Positions 8,207 to 17,134 of a stretch of 30,213 nucleotides of DNA are shown in pieces. How positions within the stretch are numbered: position 1 is the stretch's first letter; every line of letters begins with the position of its first letter. Origin of the DNA: Clostridia bacterium (GTDB taxonomy: Bacteria; Bacillota; Clostridia; Oscillospirales; CAG-272); assembly GCA_024404475.1 (NCBI GenBank), contig JAKSPV010000001.1, forward strand, positions 1 through 30,213, written 5' to 3'. The position numbers and the translations under genes were made by a program. The notes below the pieces were generated by a model that made no database searches, was not told where the DNA came from, and worked only from the letters and a program-made list of their open reading frames with translations.

Positions 8207-8235
8207 TTGACATATAACGGCTTTTGATGTATAAT
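8207..8235 (+). promoter_or_regulatory. Consensus sigmaA promoter of the arg operon
   Basis: TTGACA(8207-8212)-17 nt-TATAAT(8230-8235), with an AT-rich UP-like tract upstream. Confidence 0.9.
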
Positions 8236-8238
8236 TCG

Positions 8239-8252
8239 TGTGTATTTATTCA
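8239..8252. promoter_or_regulatory. Putative ARG box overlapping the transcription start
   Basis: TGTGTATTTATTCA: the right half matches the ARG core perfectly, and it lies just downstream of the -10. Confidence 0.6.
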
Positions 8253-8271
8253 AGCGGGCGAGGGCAGCAAC

Positions 8272-9210
8272 ATGGCAAAGGTATTTATTGACGGCAGCGC
8301 GGGAACGACAGGACTACGGATCCGCGAGCGGCTTGCCGAGAGGGAAGACGTGGAACTGATCCGGCTCCCCGAAGAGCTCCGCAAGGACACGGCGGCAAGA
8401 CGCGAGGCGCTGAACAGCGCCGACGTCGCGTTCCTCTGCCTGCCGGATGCGGCGGCCTTGGAAGCGGTCTCGCTGGTGGAGAATGACCGCACGGTCGTGA
8501 TCGACACCTCGACAGCACACCGGACGGATCCCGCGTGGACGTACGGCTTCCCGGAGATCGGCGGCCTCCGCGAAAAGATCAGAAGTTCGAAGCGGATCGC
8601 CAACCCCGGCTGTCACGCGAGCGGCTTCATCGCGCTCGTCGCGCCGCTCGTCGAAAAAGGGCTCCTCGCCAGAGACGACCGGCTGACCGCCTTCTCGCTG
8701 ACCGGCTATTCCGGCGGCGGCAAGAAGATGATCGCCGACTACGAAAGCGAACAGTTTGCGCCGTCACTCGCGGCGCCGCGGATGTACGGGCTCTCGCAGA
8801 TGCACAAGCATCTGCCGGAGATGGCCGCTGTCTGCGGGCTGGGGGAGGCGCCCGTCTTCTCTCCGGTCGTGTCTTCGTATTACGCAGGCATGGAGGTCGT
8901 CGTTCCGCTCTTCCGGGAGCAGGTGAAAGGCGGCATCGAGGCGGTCCGCGAGACGTACCGCACTTACTATACGCAGGGGCTCGTCCGGTACGCGGAAGCG
9001 GACGACGAGAACGGTTTTCTCTCCGCCGGCGCCATGGCCGGTGCGGACGATATGCACGTCGGCGTCTGGGGCAGCGGCGAGCGGCTGACGCTCGTGTCGC
9101 GCTTCGACAATCTCGGCAAGGGCGCGTCGGGTGCCGCCATACAGAACATGAACATCATCCTCGGCGTTGAGGAGACAACGGGGCTTATTACAGGAGGACA
9201 ATCAAAATGA
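8272..9210 (+). CDS. argC: N-acetyl-gamma-glutamyl-phosphate reductase (short type)
   Basis: Start re-called at ATG 8272. KVFIDGSAGTTG, FLCLP, IDTSTAHR, IANPGCHASG, TGYSGGG, DNLGKGASGAA. Confidence 0.95.
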   Translation: MAKVFIDGSAGTTGLRIRERLAEREDVELIRLPEELRKDTAARREALNSADVAFLCLPDAAALEAVSLVENDRTVVIDTSTAHRTDPAWTYGFPEIGGLREKIRSSKRIANPGCHASGFIALVAPLVEKGLLARDDRLTAFSLTGYSGGGKKMIADYESEQFAPSLAAPRMYGLSQMHKHLPEMAAVCGLGEAPVFSPVVSSYYAGMEVVVPLFREQVKGGIEAVRETYRTYYTQGLVRYAEADDENGFLSAGAMAGADDMHVGVWGSGERLTLVSRFDNLGKGASGAAIQNMNIILGVEETTGLITGGQSK

Positions 9211-10421
9211 AACTGATCGAAGGCGGTATATGTGCCGCAAAGGGTTTCACGGCAAGCGGGATCCATTGCGGCATCCGTAAAAATAAAACGAAGAAAGACC
9301 TTTCTCTGATCTGCAGTGAAGTCCGTGCGAATGCGGCGGCGGTCTATACGACCAACCTTGTGAAAGGGGCGCCGCTCCTCGTCACGAAAAAGCACATCTC
9401 CGACGGGCACGCGCAGGCAATCGTCTGCAACAGCGGCAACGCCAACACGTGCAACGCGAACGGTGTGGAGATCGCCGAGAAGATGAGCGATCTGACGGCC
9501 GCCGCCCTCGGCATCTCGCCGGACGACGTCGTCGTCGCCTCGACGGGCGTGATCGGTCAGCCGCTCGACATCGAGCCGATCGCGGCAGGCCTGCCGGTGC
9601 TCGCCGGGACGCTCTCGGATGAGGGCGGGGACGATGCCGCGGAAGGCATCATGACGACGGACACCGTGATGAAGAAAGTCGCCGTCGAATTCACCGTCGG
9701 CGGGAAGACCTGCCGCATCGGCGGCATCGCCAAGGGCAGCGGCATGATCCACCCGAACATGGCGACCATGCTCGTCTTCATCACCACCGACACGGCGATC
9801 TCGTCCGGGATGCTGCAGAAAGCGCTGTCCACGGATATCGCGGACACGTTCAATATGGTCAGCGTTGACGGCGATACGTCGACAAACGATATGGTCGTTG
9901 TGCTTGCCAACGGTCTCGCCGGAAACAGCGAGATCACGGAAGACGGCGAGGATTTCGCCGCCTTCATGAAAGCGCTCAATACCGTGACCGTCCACCTCTG
10001 CCGGATGATCGCCGGCGACGGGGAGGGCGCATCCAAGCTGCTCGAATGCAGCGTCACGGGCGCGAAGGATATCGCCACGGCGAAGACCATCGCGAAGAGC
10101 GTGATCTGTTCTAGTCTTCTGAAAGCGGCGATGTTCGGTGCCGACGCCAACTGGGGGCGTGTCCTCTGCGCGATCGGGTACAGCGGAGCCGACGTTGACG
10201 TCGGAAAGATCGACGTCTCGTTCAGAAGCCCGAAGGGATCGATCGCCGTATGCAGAAGCGGCGCGGGTATCGACTTCTCGGAGGAGACCGCGAAGACGAT
10301 CCTGCTTGAAAAGGAAATCGAAATTCTGGTCGGACTGAACGACGGCAGCGCCGGCGCGACGGCGTGGGGCTGCGACCTGACGTACGAATACGTCAGAATC
10401 AACGGAGATTATCGGACCTGA
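9207..10421 (+). CDS. argJ: Bifunctional ornithine acetyltransferase / N-acetylglutamate synthase
   Basis: NSGNAN, STGVIG, IMTTDT, AKGSGMIHPNMATML autoproteolysis motif, DGDTSTND, DANWGR, WGCDLTYEYVRING. ATGA overlap with argC. Confidence 0.97.
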   Translation: MKLIEGGICAAKGFTASGIHCGIRKNKTKKDLSLICSEVRANAAAVYTTNLVKGAPLLVTKKHISDGHAQAIVCNSGNANTCNANGVEIAEKMSDLTAAALGISPDDVVVASTGVIGQPLDIEPIAAGLPVLAGTLSDEGGDDAAEGIMTTDTVMKKVAVEFTVGGKTCRIGGIAKGSGMIHPNMATMLVFITTDTAISSGMLQKALSTDIADTFNMVSVDGDTSTNDMVVVLANGLAGNSEITEDGEDFAAFMKALNTVTVHLCRMIAGDGEGASKLLECSVTGAKDIATAKTIAKSVICSSLLKAAMFGADANWGRVLCAIGYSGADVDVGKIDVSFRSPKGSIAVCRSGAGIDFSEETAKTILLEKEIEILVGLNDGSAGATAWGCDLTYEYVRINGDYRT

Positions 10422-10437
10422 CGGAGGCGAACACAAG

Positions 10438-12468
10438 ATGAATCAGTTTTCGAATGCGGAACGGGCTGAGATCCTGACGCAGGCGCTCCCGTATATCAAA
10501 CGGTATACGGGCAAGACCGTCGTGATCAAATACGGCGGGAACGCCATGATCGACGAGACGCTGAAAAAGCAGGTCATGGAAGATATCGTTCTTCTGTGGC
10601 TGATCGGCGTCAAGATCGTTCTGGTGCATGGCGGCGGCCCGGAGATCAGCGACCTCATGAACCGGCTCGGCAAAGAGCCGGAGTTCATCGACGGCCTCCG
10701 TGTCACCGACAAGGAAACGGTCGATATCGTGCAGATGGTGCTGGCGGGCAAGGTCAACAAGACGCTCGTCAACCTCCTCGAAATGCACGGCGGCAAAGCG
10801 ATCGGCCTTTCCGGCATGGACGGCGGTATGATCGAGGCGACGGTCAAAAGCGAGAAACTCGGCTACGTCGGCGAGATCACGAAGGTGCATATCGAGCCGG
10901 TGCTGGATATCCTTGAAAAAGGGTATATCCCCGTTGTTTCGACGCTCGGCTGCGACGGAGACGGCAACGTCTATAACATCAACGGTGACACCGCCGCCGC
11001 TTCGATCGCCGGCGCGCTCGGCGCGGAGCGTCTCATCATGATGACCGACATCGCGGGCATTCTGAAAGACAAGAACGATCCCTCGTCGCTGATCCCCGAG
11101 ATCAGTATCAGCGAGGCGGAGAAACTTCACCGCGAGGGGATCATCTCGGATGGCATGATCCCGAAGGTGAACTGCTGCATCGACGCGCTCCGGAAAGGCG
11201 TCAAGAACGTCGTTGTCATGGACGGGCGGGTGCCGCATTCGATCCTCATGGAACTTCTGACCGACGAAGGCGCCGGCACGATGTTTACGGAGAAAAGAGA
11301 TATGACGATCAAAGAAAAAGACTCGCAGTATATTGCCGACACGTACAACCGTTTCCCGATCGTGCTGTCGCAGGGAAAGGGCTCCGTTGTGTGGGATGAG
11401 AACGGCAAAGCGTATATTGACATGGGCTCCGGTATCGGCGTGACTTCCTTCGGCTACGCCGACGACAGATGGCAGGCGGCCGTTTCGAACCAGGCGGCCA
11501 AACTCCAGCACACCTCCAATCTGTATTACACCGAGCCCTGTGCCGTTCTGGCGGAAAAACTCTGTGAGAAGACCGGCATGAGCAAAGTCTTCTTCTCGAA
11601 CTCCGGCGCGGAGGCGAACGAGTGCGCGATCAAGGTCGCGAGAAAGTACGCTGCCGAGAAGAAGGGCGCGGACTGCAACACCATCGTCACGCTAAAAAAC
11701 AGCTTCCACGGCAGAACGCTGACGACGCTTGCCGCTACCGGCCAGGATCATTATCACGAGCTCTACCAGCCGCTGACCCCCGGCTTCGTCAACGTCGATG
11801 CGTATAACATCTACGAGCTCGAGGCGGTCGGCTCCTCCCATAAGATCGCCGCGATCGTCATCGAGTGCATCCAGGGCGAGGGCGGCGTCGTCGATCTCAA
11901 AAAATCGTTCGTCAACGAAGTCGTCGAATACGCACAGCTCCACGATATCCTCATCATCGTCGATGAGGTGCAGACCGGCAACGGCAGAACGGGCAAACTG
12001 TATTCCTACATGAACTACGGCTTCCAGCCCGATATCGTCACGACGGCCAAGGGCCTCGCGGGCGGTCTTCCGCTCGGCGCGACGCTCCTCAGCGAAAAGG
12101 TCAAGGACGTCCTCGGCCACGGCGACCACGGCTCCACCTTCGGCGGTAACCCGGTCTGCTGTGCCGCCGCGATCTCGATCATTGACCGTCTGAACGACGA
12201 ACTGCTCGCGGAAGTCGCAGATAAGGGCAAGTACCTCTTCGACGAGTTCCGCGGCGCCGACGGCATCGTGTCCGTCAGCGGCATGGGCCTCATGGTCGGC
12301 CTCGAAACGAAGAAACCGGCCGCCGAGGTCGTTGCCGAGTGCATGGAGCGCGGCGTCCTCTGCCTGACGGCGAAGGATAAGGTCCGTCTCCTGCCCGCGC
12401 TCAATATCCCGATGGAGGCGCTGCAGAAAGCGGTCGCCGTCATCAAGGAAGTCTGCGCGGAAGCGTAA
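10438..12468 (+). CDS. argB-argD: In-frame fusion of acetylglutamate kinase (ArgB, aa 1-~283) and acetylornithine aminotransferase (ArgD, from Met289 at 11302)
   Basis: ArgB motifs: IKYGGNA, VHGGG, GLRVT, GMIPKV, GAGTMF. ArgD motifs: FSNSGAEANE, SFHGRT, IQGEGG, DEVQTG, TTAKGLAGG, GSTFGGNP. No stop codon between them. Confidence 0.9.
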   Translation: MNQFSNAERAEILTQALPYIKRYTGKTVVIKYGGNAMIDETLKKQVMEDIVLLWLIGVKIVLVHGGGPEISDLMNRLGKEPEFIDGLRVTDKETVDIVQMVLAGKVNKTLVNLLEMHGGKAIGLSGMDGGMIEATVKSEKLGYVGEITKVHIEPVLDILEKGYIPVVSTLGCDGDGNVYNINGDTAAASIAGALGAERLIMMTDIAGILKDKNDPSSLIPEISISEAEKLHREGIISDGMIPKVNCCIDALRKGVKNVVVMDGRVPHSILMELLTDEGAGTMFTEKRDMTIKEKDSQYIADTYNRFPIVLSQGKGSVVWDENGKAYIDMGSGIGVTSFGYADDRWQAAVSNQAAKLQHTSNLYYTEPCAVLAEKLCEKTGMSKVFFSNSGAEANECAIKVARKYAAEKKGADCNTIVTLKNSFHGRTLTTLAATGQDHYHELYQPLTPGFVNVDAYNIYELEAVGSSHKIAAIVIECIQGEGGVVDLKKSFVNEVVEYAQLHDILIIVDEVQTGNGRTGKLYSYMNYGFQPDIVTTAKGLAGGLPLGATLLSEKVKDVLGHGDHGSTFGGNPVCCAAAISIIDRLNDELLAEVADKGKYLFDEFRGADGIVSVSGMGLMVGLETKKPAAEVVAECMERGVLCLTAKDKVRLLPALNIPMEALQKAVAVIKEVCAEA

Positions 12469-12479
12469 AACAAAAAAGG

Positions 12480-12508
12480 AAGCGCCGCTTCATTCCGAAG
12501 CGGCGCTT
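12480..12508. terminator. Bidirectional terminator hairpin overlapping the xylB stop codon
   Basis: aagcgccgcttc-attcc-gaagcggcgctt, with T-tracts on both strands. Confidence 0.8.
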
Positions 12509-13947
12509 TTCATGTTTTTAAGGGCAGGGTAGAGCGCGTGGAACACGCGGTATTTCTCATCGTACCGGGCGGCCTTGCCGGGATCGGGGAGGATCGTCTC
12601 CGAAACACGGATGATCGCGTCCGCGGCATCCTTGACCGTCGCGTATTCGCCGGCGCCGACCATCGCGAGCATCGCTCCGCCGAAAGAAGGTCCCTGTTCG
12701 GTCGAAAGAATACGGACAGGCATCTGTAGCACGTCGGCAATGATCTGCCGCCAAATGCGGCTTTTTGCGCCTCCTCCGCAGAGATTCGTCTCTGTCGGAC
12801 GAAGCCCGTTCGATACGGCGACTTCAAGGCAGTCCCGAAGCGCGAAAGCAACGCCCTCCATGACGGCGCGGCTCATCTGTCCGCGCGTCGTCTGCGCCGC
12901 AAGCCCGATGAACGCACCGCGCGCCGAGACGTCGTTGTGCGGCGAGCGCTCGCCGGAAAGATACGGCAGAAAGATCACGTCGCTGTCAGCCGCGGCGGCG
13001 ATCTCGGCTTCCTCGGTGGGGTAATCGGTCGAGCCGAATATATCTTCGAGCCACCACTTGCGGCAGGACGCGGCGGAGAGGATGCAGCCCATCAGGTGCC
13101 ATTTGCCGTTTGCGTGCGCGAAGCTGTGGAGCGCGTTTTTCGGATCGACGGAGAAAGCATCCTGCGAAAGAAAAATCGTTCCGCTCGTGCCGAGCGAGAT
13201 GTTGCAGCCGCCGTCCCGGACGGTGCCCGTGCCGATCGCGGCGGCGGCGTTGTCGCCCGCGCCCGCGGTCACGATGCAGTCCGGCAGACCGTATTCCGGC
13301 AGAAGCCGGCCGGTCACTTCATAACTCTCATAAAGCCGCGGCAGCCACTCCGGCTTGACGCCGCAGATTTCGCACATCTCCACCGACCAGCACTTGTTTG
13401 CCACGTCGAGCAGCAGTGTGCCCGAGGCGTCGGAATAATCGGTCGAGAAGACGCCGGTCAGCTTGTAGGCAAGGTAATCCTTCGGCAGACAGATCTTGCG
13501 GATCCGCGCAAAATTCTCCGGCTCGTTCCCGCGCATCCAGAGGAGCTTCGGCGCGGTGAAACCGGCGAACGCGATGTTGCCCGTCAGGGCAGAGAGTTTT
13601 TCTTTCCCGACGATCTCGTTGAGGTATGCGGTCTCCTTTTCGGTGCGCCCGTCGTTCCAGAGGATCGCCGGTCGGATCACGTCGTCGCTTTCGTCGAGCG
13701 CGACAAGCCCGTGCATCTGCCCGCCAATCGAAAGCCCGGCGATCTTGTCTTCGACACCTGCCGAAAGCACGCCGAGAATTTCCTTGGCGGCGAGGAGCCA
13801 TCCGGCGGGATCCTGCTCCGTCCAGCCGTCTTGCGGGTAGAGAACGGGGTAGTCTACCGCCTTTTGCCGGAGGATATTTCCGTCCTTGTCACAGAGGATC
13901 CCTTTGCAGGAAGACGTGCCGAGGTCTACTCCTATATAGTATTTCAT
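12490..13947 (-). CDS. xylB: Xylulokinase (FGGY family)
   Basis: YIGVDLGTSS, GQMHGLV, ILWNDGR, FTAPKLLW, DYSDASGT, GAGDNAA, SLGTSG, YLSGERSPH, GGGAKS. ATG at 13947 preferred (GGTGA SD); an alternative GTG is at 13956. Confidence 0.95.
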   Translation of the reverse strand: MKYYIGVDLGTSSCKGILCDKDGNILRQKAVDYPVLYPQDGWTEQDPAGWLLAAKEILGVLSAGVEDKIAGLSIGGQMHGLVALDESDDVIRPAILWNDGRTEKETAYLNEIVGKEKLSALTGNIAFAGFTAPKLLWMRGNEPENFARIRKICLPKDYLAYKLTGVFSTDYSDASGTLLLDVANKCWSVEMCEICGVKPEWLPRLYESYEVTGRLLPEYGLPDCIVTAGAGDNAAAAIGTGTVRDGGCNISLGTSGTIFLSQDAFSVDPKNALHSFAHANGKWHLMGCILSAASCRKWWLEDIFGSTDYPTEEAEIAAAADSDVIFLPYLSGERSPHNDVSARGAFIGLAAQTTRGQMSRAVMEGVAFALRDCLEVAVSNGLRPTETNLCGGGAKSRIWRQIIADVLQMPVRILSTEQGPSFGGAMLAMVGAGEYATVKDAADAIIRVSETILPDPGKAARYDEKYRVFHALYPALKNMKSAASE

Positions 13948-13952
13948 CGATT

Positions 13953-15266
13953 TCACCCGAAGAGGATCTGGTTGACGACGGCTTCGAGGTGCTCCGCCTT
14001 GCCGCTGCCCGGCAGCGCCGGTGCGCCGAGCGTGTCGGCGTATGCCGCAAGTTCGACAAGCGTCGAATTACCGTCGCGGATCTTCTTGCCGATGCCGCTC
14101 TCGAAACTCGCGTAGCGCTCCTTGACGAACGCGTCGAGGCGGCCGTCTTTGATGATTTTCTCGGCGTTCAATAGGCCGAGCGCGTAGGTGTCCATGCCGA
14201 GAATGTAGCTCTCGACGAGGTCTTCCATCGTGTAGGACGGGCGGCGGCACTTCGCGTCGAAGTTGAAGCCGCCGGTGAGTCCCCCTGCTCGCAACACTTC
14301 CAGCATGCAGTACGTCGCGGTATAAACGTCGAACGGAAACTCGTCCGTGTCCCAGCCGAGGTGCGGGTCGCCCTGGTTGGCGTCGATACTGCCGAGCATG
14401 CCGTTCATCCCGGCAATGCGGAGGTCGTGCTCAAAGGTGTGCCCCGCGAGCGTCGCGTGGTTCGCCTCGATGTTGAGCTTGAAATCCTTGTCCAGCCCGT
14501 ACTCGCGGAGGAAGCCGATCGCGGTCGCCGCATCGTAGTCGTACTGGTGCTTCATCGGCTCCTTCGGCTTCGGCTCGATGAAGAAATCGCCGGTAAAGCC
14601 GAGCGAGCGGGCGTAATCGACCGCCATGTGCATGAGCCGGGCGATGTTCTCCTGCTCGAATTTCACGTCGGTGTTGAGGAGTGTTTCGTAGCCCTCTCTG
14701 CCGCCCCAGAACAGGTACGCTTTGCCGCCGAACTTGACGGTCAGGTCGATCGCCTTTTTGACCTGCGCCGCGGCAAAGCAGTACACGTCAGCGGAGTTCG
14801 TCGAGCCGGCGCCGTTCATATAGCGCGGGTTGGAGAACAGGTTCGCGGTGCCCCAGAGGCACTTGATCCCCGTCTCGTTCATCTTCGCGAGGATGTGGTC
14901 GGAGATCTCGTCGAGCCGGCGGTTCGTCTCTTTGATATCGTCGGCCTCGGGGACGAGATCGACGTCGTGGAAGCAGAAATAGCGGATGCCGAGTTTCTGC
15001 ATGAAATCAAAGCCCGCATCGACCTTGGCTCTGGCGTGCGCCATCGTGCCTTTTTCCGCGCCGAACGATTTGTCGGCGGTGTCTCTGCCAAACATATCCG
15101 TGCCGGCAGCGCCGAGCGTGTGCCACCACGACATCGCAAACGGCAGATGCTCGCTCATTTTCCTGCCGAGTACGATGCGCTCGGGATCATAGAAGTGGAA
15201 CGCCAGGGGATTTTCGGAAGCGGCGCCCTCATAGCGGATCGCCGGGATGTTTTCGAATGCAGCCAT
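13953..15266 (-). CDS. xylA: Xylose isomerase (class II, 437 aa)
   Basis: Start re-called at ATG 15266 (RBS GGAGG). SWWHT, FHDVDL, LWGTANLF, WGGREGY, IEPKPKEP, NIEANHA, GWDTDEF. Confidence 0.97.
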   Translation of the reverse strand: MAAFENIPAIRYEGAASENPLAFHFYDPERIVLGRKMSEHLPFAMSWWHTLGAAGTDMFGRDTADKSFGAEKGTMAHARAKVDAGFDFMQKLGIRYFCFHDVDLVPEADDIKETNRRLDEISDHILAKMNETGIKCLWGTANLFSNPRYMNGAGSTNSADVYCFAAAQVKKAIDLTVKFGGKAYLFWGGREGYETLLNTDVKFEQENIARLMHMAVDYARSLGFTGDFFIEPKPKEPMKHQYDYDAATAIGFLREYGLDKDFKLNIEANHATLAGHTFEHDLRIAGMNGMLGSIDANQGDPHLGWDTDEFPFDVYTATYCMLEVLRAGGLTGGFNFDAKCRRPSYTMEDLVESYILGMDTYALGLLNAEKIIKDGRLDAFVKERYASFESGIGKKIRDGNSTLVELAAYADTLGAPALPGSGKAEHLEAVVNQILFG

Positions 15267-15303
15267 AATACTTGCCTCCGGTGAACGGAATTTTGTTGCC
15301 TCT

Positions 15304-15332
15304 ATTATACCGTATTTTTCCGTGTTTTGCAA
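15304..15332 (-). promoter_or_regulatory. sigmaA promoter of xylAB
   Basis: Minus strand TTGCAA-17 nt-TATAAT. Confidence 0.75.
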
Positions 15333-15365
15333 TTCCCGCACGGCTTTTTCCGTCGCACGAATGAA

Positions 15366-15397
15366 AAAACACCTGCCGAAACATCGGCAGGTGTTTT
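15366..15397 (-). terminator. Intrinsic terminator of the hydrogenase operon
   Basis: aaaacacctgccga-4 nt-tcggcaggtgtttt, with a T-tract on the minus strand. Confidence 0.85.
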
Positions 15398-15409
15398 CTT
15401 TTTGTAAAT

Positions 15410-17134
15410 TCAGACCGTCCACTCGCTCTGCTTTGTGTGGAGCAGCTCGTGCGATCTGTGTGAGAGCGGCTTTCCGAAATATTCGCCGTACAACGCCTGA
15501 ACGTCGGGGTTCTCGTGCGAGAAGCGGATCGGATTCTGCCGATCGAGCTCGTAGAGTACCGCGCCGCGGTCTGCTGCCTGCTCGACGCCGTCCGTGATCG
15601 GCTGACCGCCGCCGCCGGCGCATCCGCCGGGGCAGGCCATGATCTCGATGAAATCGTACGGTGCCTTGCCGGATTTCACTTGCTCGCAGAGAGCGCGCGC
15701 GTTTGCAAGTCCGCTGGCGACTGCCGCGCGTACCTTTACGCCGGCGATCTCGACTTCGGCCGTCCGGATGCCGGCGGTCTCCGTCGCGCGAACGGCTTTG
15801 AAATCGTCCGCACCGGGATTCTTGCCGGTCAGGAGATAATACGCGCTGCGGAGCGCTGCTTCCATGACGCCGCCTGTCGCGCCGAAGATGACGGCGGCGC
15901 CGGTGCCGGTGCCGAGCGGCGAGTCGAACTCGCGTTCCTCGAGCGACGAAACGTCTACGTGCGCGGCTTTCAGCATGCGCTCAAACTCGCGCGTCGTCAG
16001 AACGACGTCAACGTCCTTCGCGGACGCCCCGTTTACTTCGGGTACGTCACATTCGTATTTCTTTGCCGTGCAGGGCATGACGGAGATGCAGAACAGTTTC
16101 TCCGCGGGAACGCCGAGCTTTTCGGCAAAATAACTCTTCGTCACGGCGCCGAACATCTGCTGCGGGCTCTTCGCCGTGGAGAGATTGTCGCACAGCTCAG
16201 GGTATTCGTGTTTCACGAAGCGCACCCAACCGGGGCAGCACGACGTGAACATCGGCAGCTTGTAGTCATTCGGATGCGTCATGCGTTCGATGAATTCGGA
16301 GCCCTCCTCCATGATCGTGAGGTCGGCGGTGAAGTTCGTGTCGAATACGTAGTCGGCGCCGAGCGCTTTCGCGGCGGCGGCCATGCGTTTTTCGGTGGCC
16401 AGCTCTTTTGAAAGGCCGAGCCCGTCGCCCCATGCGGCGCGTACCGCAGGCGCGATCTGCACGACAGTGATCTTCTCGCTGTCCGCGATGGCGCGGAACG
16501 CCTTTTCGGTGTCGTCACGCGCGACGAGCGCACCGACGGGGCAGTGCGTGATGCACTGTCCGCAGAGGGCGCAGCCGGCTTCGTTCATCGAAAGACCGTC
16601 CCGGATCGTCACTTTCGTGTGCGCGCCGGAGCCGTTCACTTCCCAGACGCCGAGTCCCTGCACCTTCTCGCAGACGTTCACGCAGCGCCAGCATTTGACG
16701 CACTTCGTCTCGTCGCGCACGAGCGGGAAACCGGCAAGCCAGTTGTTTTTCGGAAGTTTCGTTTCGTAGGGGATCTCGCCGATGTTCATCTCTTCGGCGA
16801 GCGTCTGCAGCGTGGAGTTGCCGTTCCGGTTGCAGGGGGGGCAGTGGCAGCTGTGCGGCGAGAGGAGCAGTTCGAGGTTGACGCGCCGTGCCTCGCGCAC
16901 GCGCTCGGAGTTCGTGAGGATCTCCATGCCCTCGGCAGCGACCGTGTTGCAGGCGGCGGAGAGTTTCGGCTCGCCTTTGATCTCCACGACGCAGACGCGG
17001 CACGCGCCGACGTCATTGAGCCCCCGCCAGTAGCAGAGTGTCGGAATGGCGATGCCGGCCGTCTTTGCCGCTTCGAGGATGGTCGTACCCTCGGCGACAG
17101 TGATGACTTTACCGTCGATTTTCAGCGTTACCAT
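15410..17134 (-). CDS. hydA: [FeFe]-hydrogenase group A catalytic subunit (2Fe-2S, His-ligated 4Fe-4S, 2x4Fe-4S, H-cluster)
   Basis: Start re-called at ATG 17134 (RBS AGGAGG). H-cluster motifs TSCCPGW, MPCTAKKYE, EIMACPGGCAGGGGQP. Also CY..GACRVC..AAC, CVKCWRC and CALCGQC. Confidence 0.95.
   Translation of the reverse strand: MVTLKIDGKVITVAEGTTILEAAKTAGIAIPTLCYWRGLNDVGACRVCVVEIKGEPKLSAACNTVAAEGMEILTNSERVREARRVNLELLLSPHSCHCPPCNRNGNSTLQTLAEEMNIGEIPYETKLPKNNWLAGFPLVRDETKCVKCWRCVNVCEKVQGLGVWEVNGSGAHTKVTIRDGLSMNEAGCALCGQCITHCPVGALVARDDTEKAFRAIADSEKITVVQIAPAVRAAWGDGLGLSKELATEKRMAAAAKALGADYVFDTNFTADLTIMEEGSEFIERMTHPNDYKLPMFTSCCPGWVRFVKHEYPELCDNLSTAKSPQQMFGAVTKSYFAEKLGVPAEKLFCISVMPCTAKKYECDVPEVNGASAKDVDVVLTTREFERMLKAAHVDVSSLEEREFDSPLGTGTGAAVIFGATGGVMEAALRSAYYLLTGKNPGADDFKAVRATETAGIRTAEVEIAGVKVRAAVASGLANARALCEQVKSGKAPYDFIEIMACPGGCAGGGGQPITDGVEQAADRGAVLYELDRQNPIRFSHENPDVQALYGEYFGKPLSHRSHELLHTKQSEWTV

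Noticed and set aside
15267-15623. 119-aa N-terminal extension of xylA in the ORF track
   Set aside because: It overlaps hydA, its terminator and the xylA promoter. The true start is ATG 15266 with GGAGG. Similar over-extended starts were trimmed for the TPM, EamA, argC, hydA, flavoprotein, permease and DegT genes.
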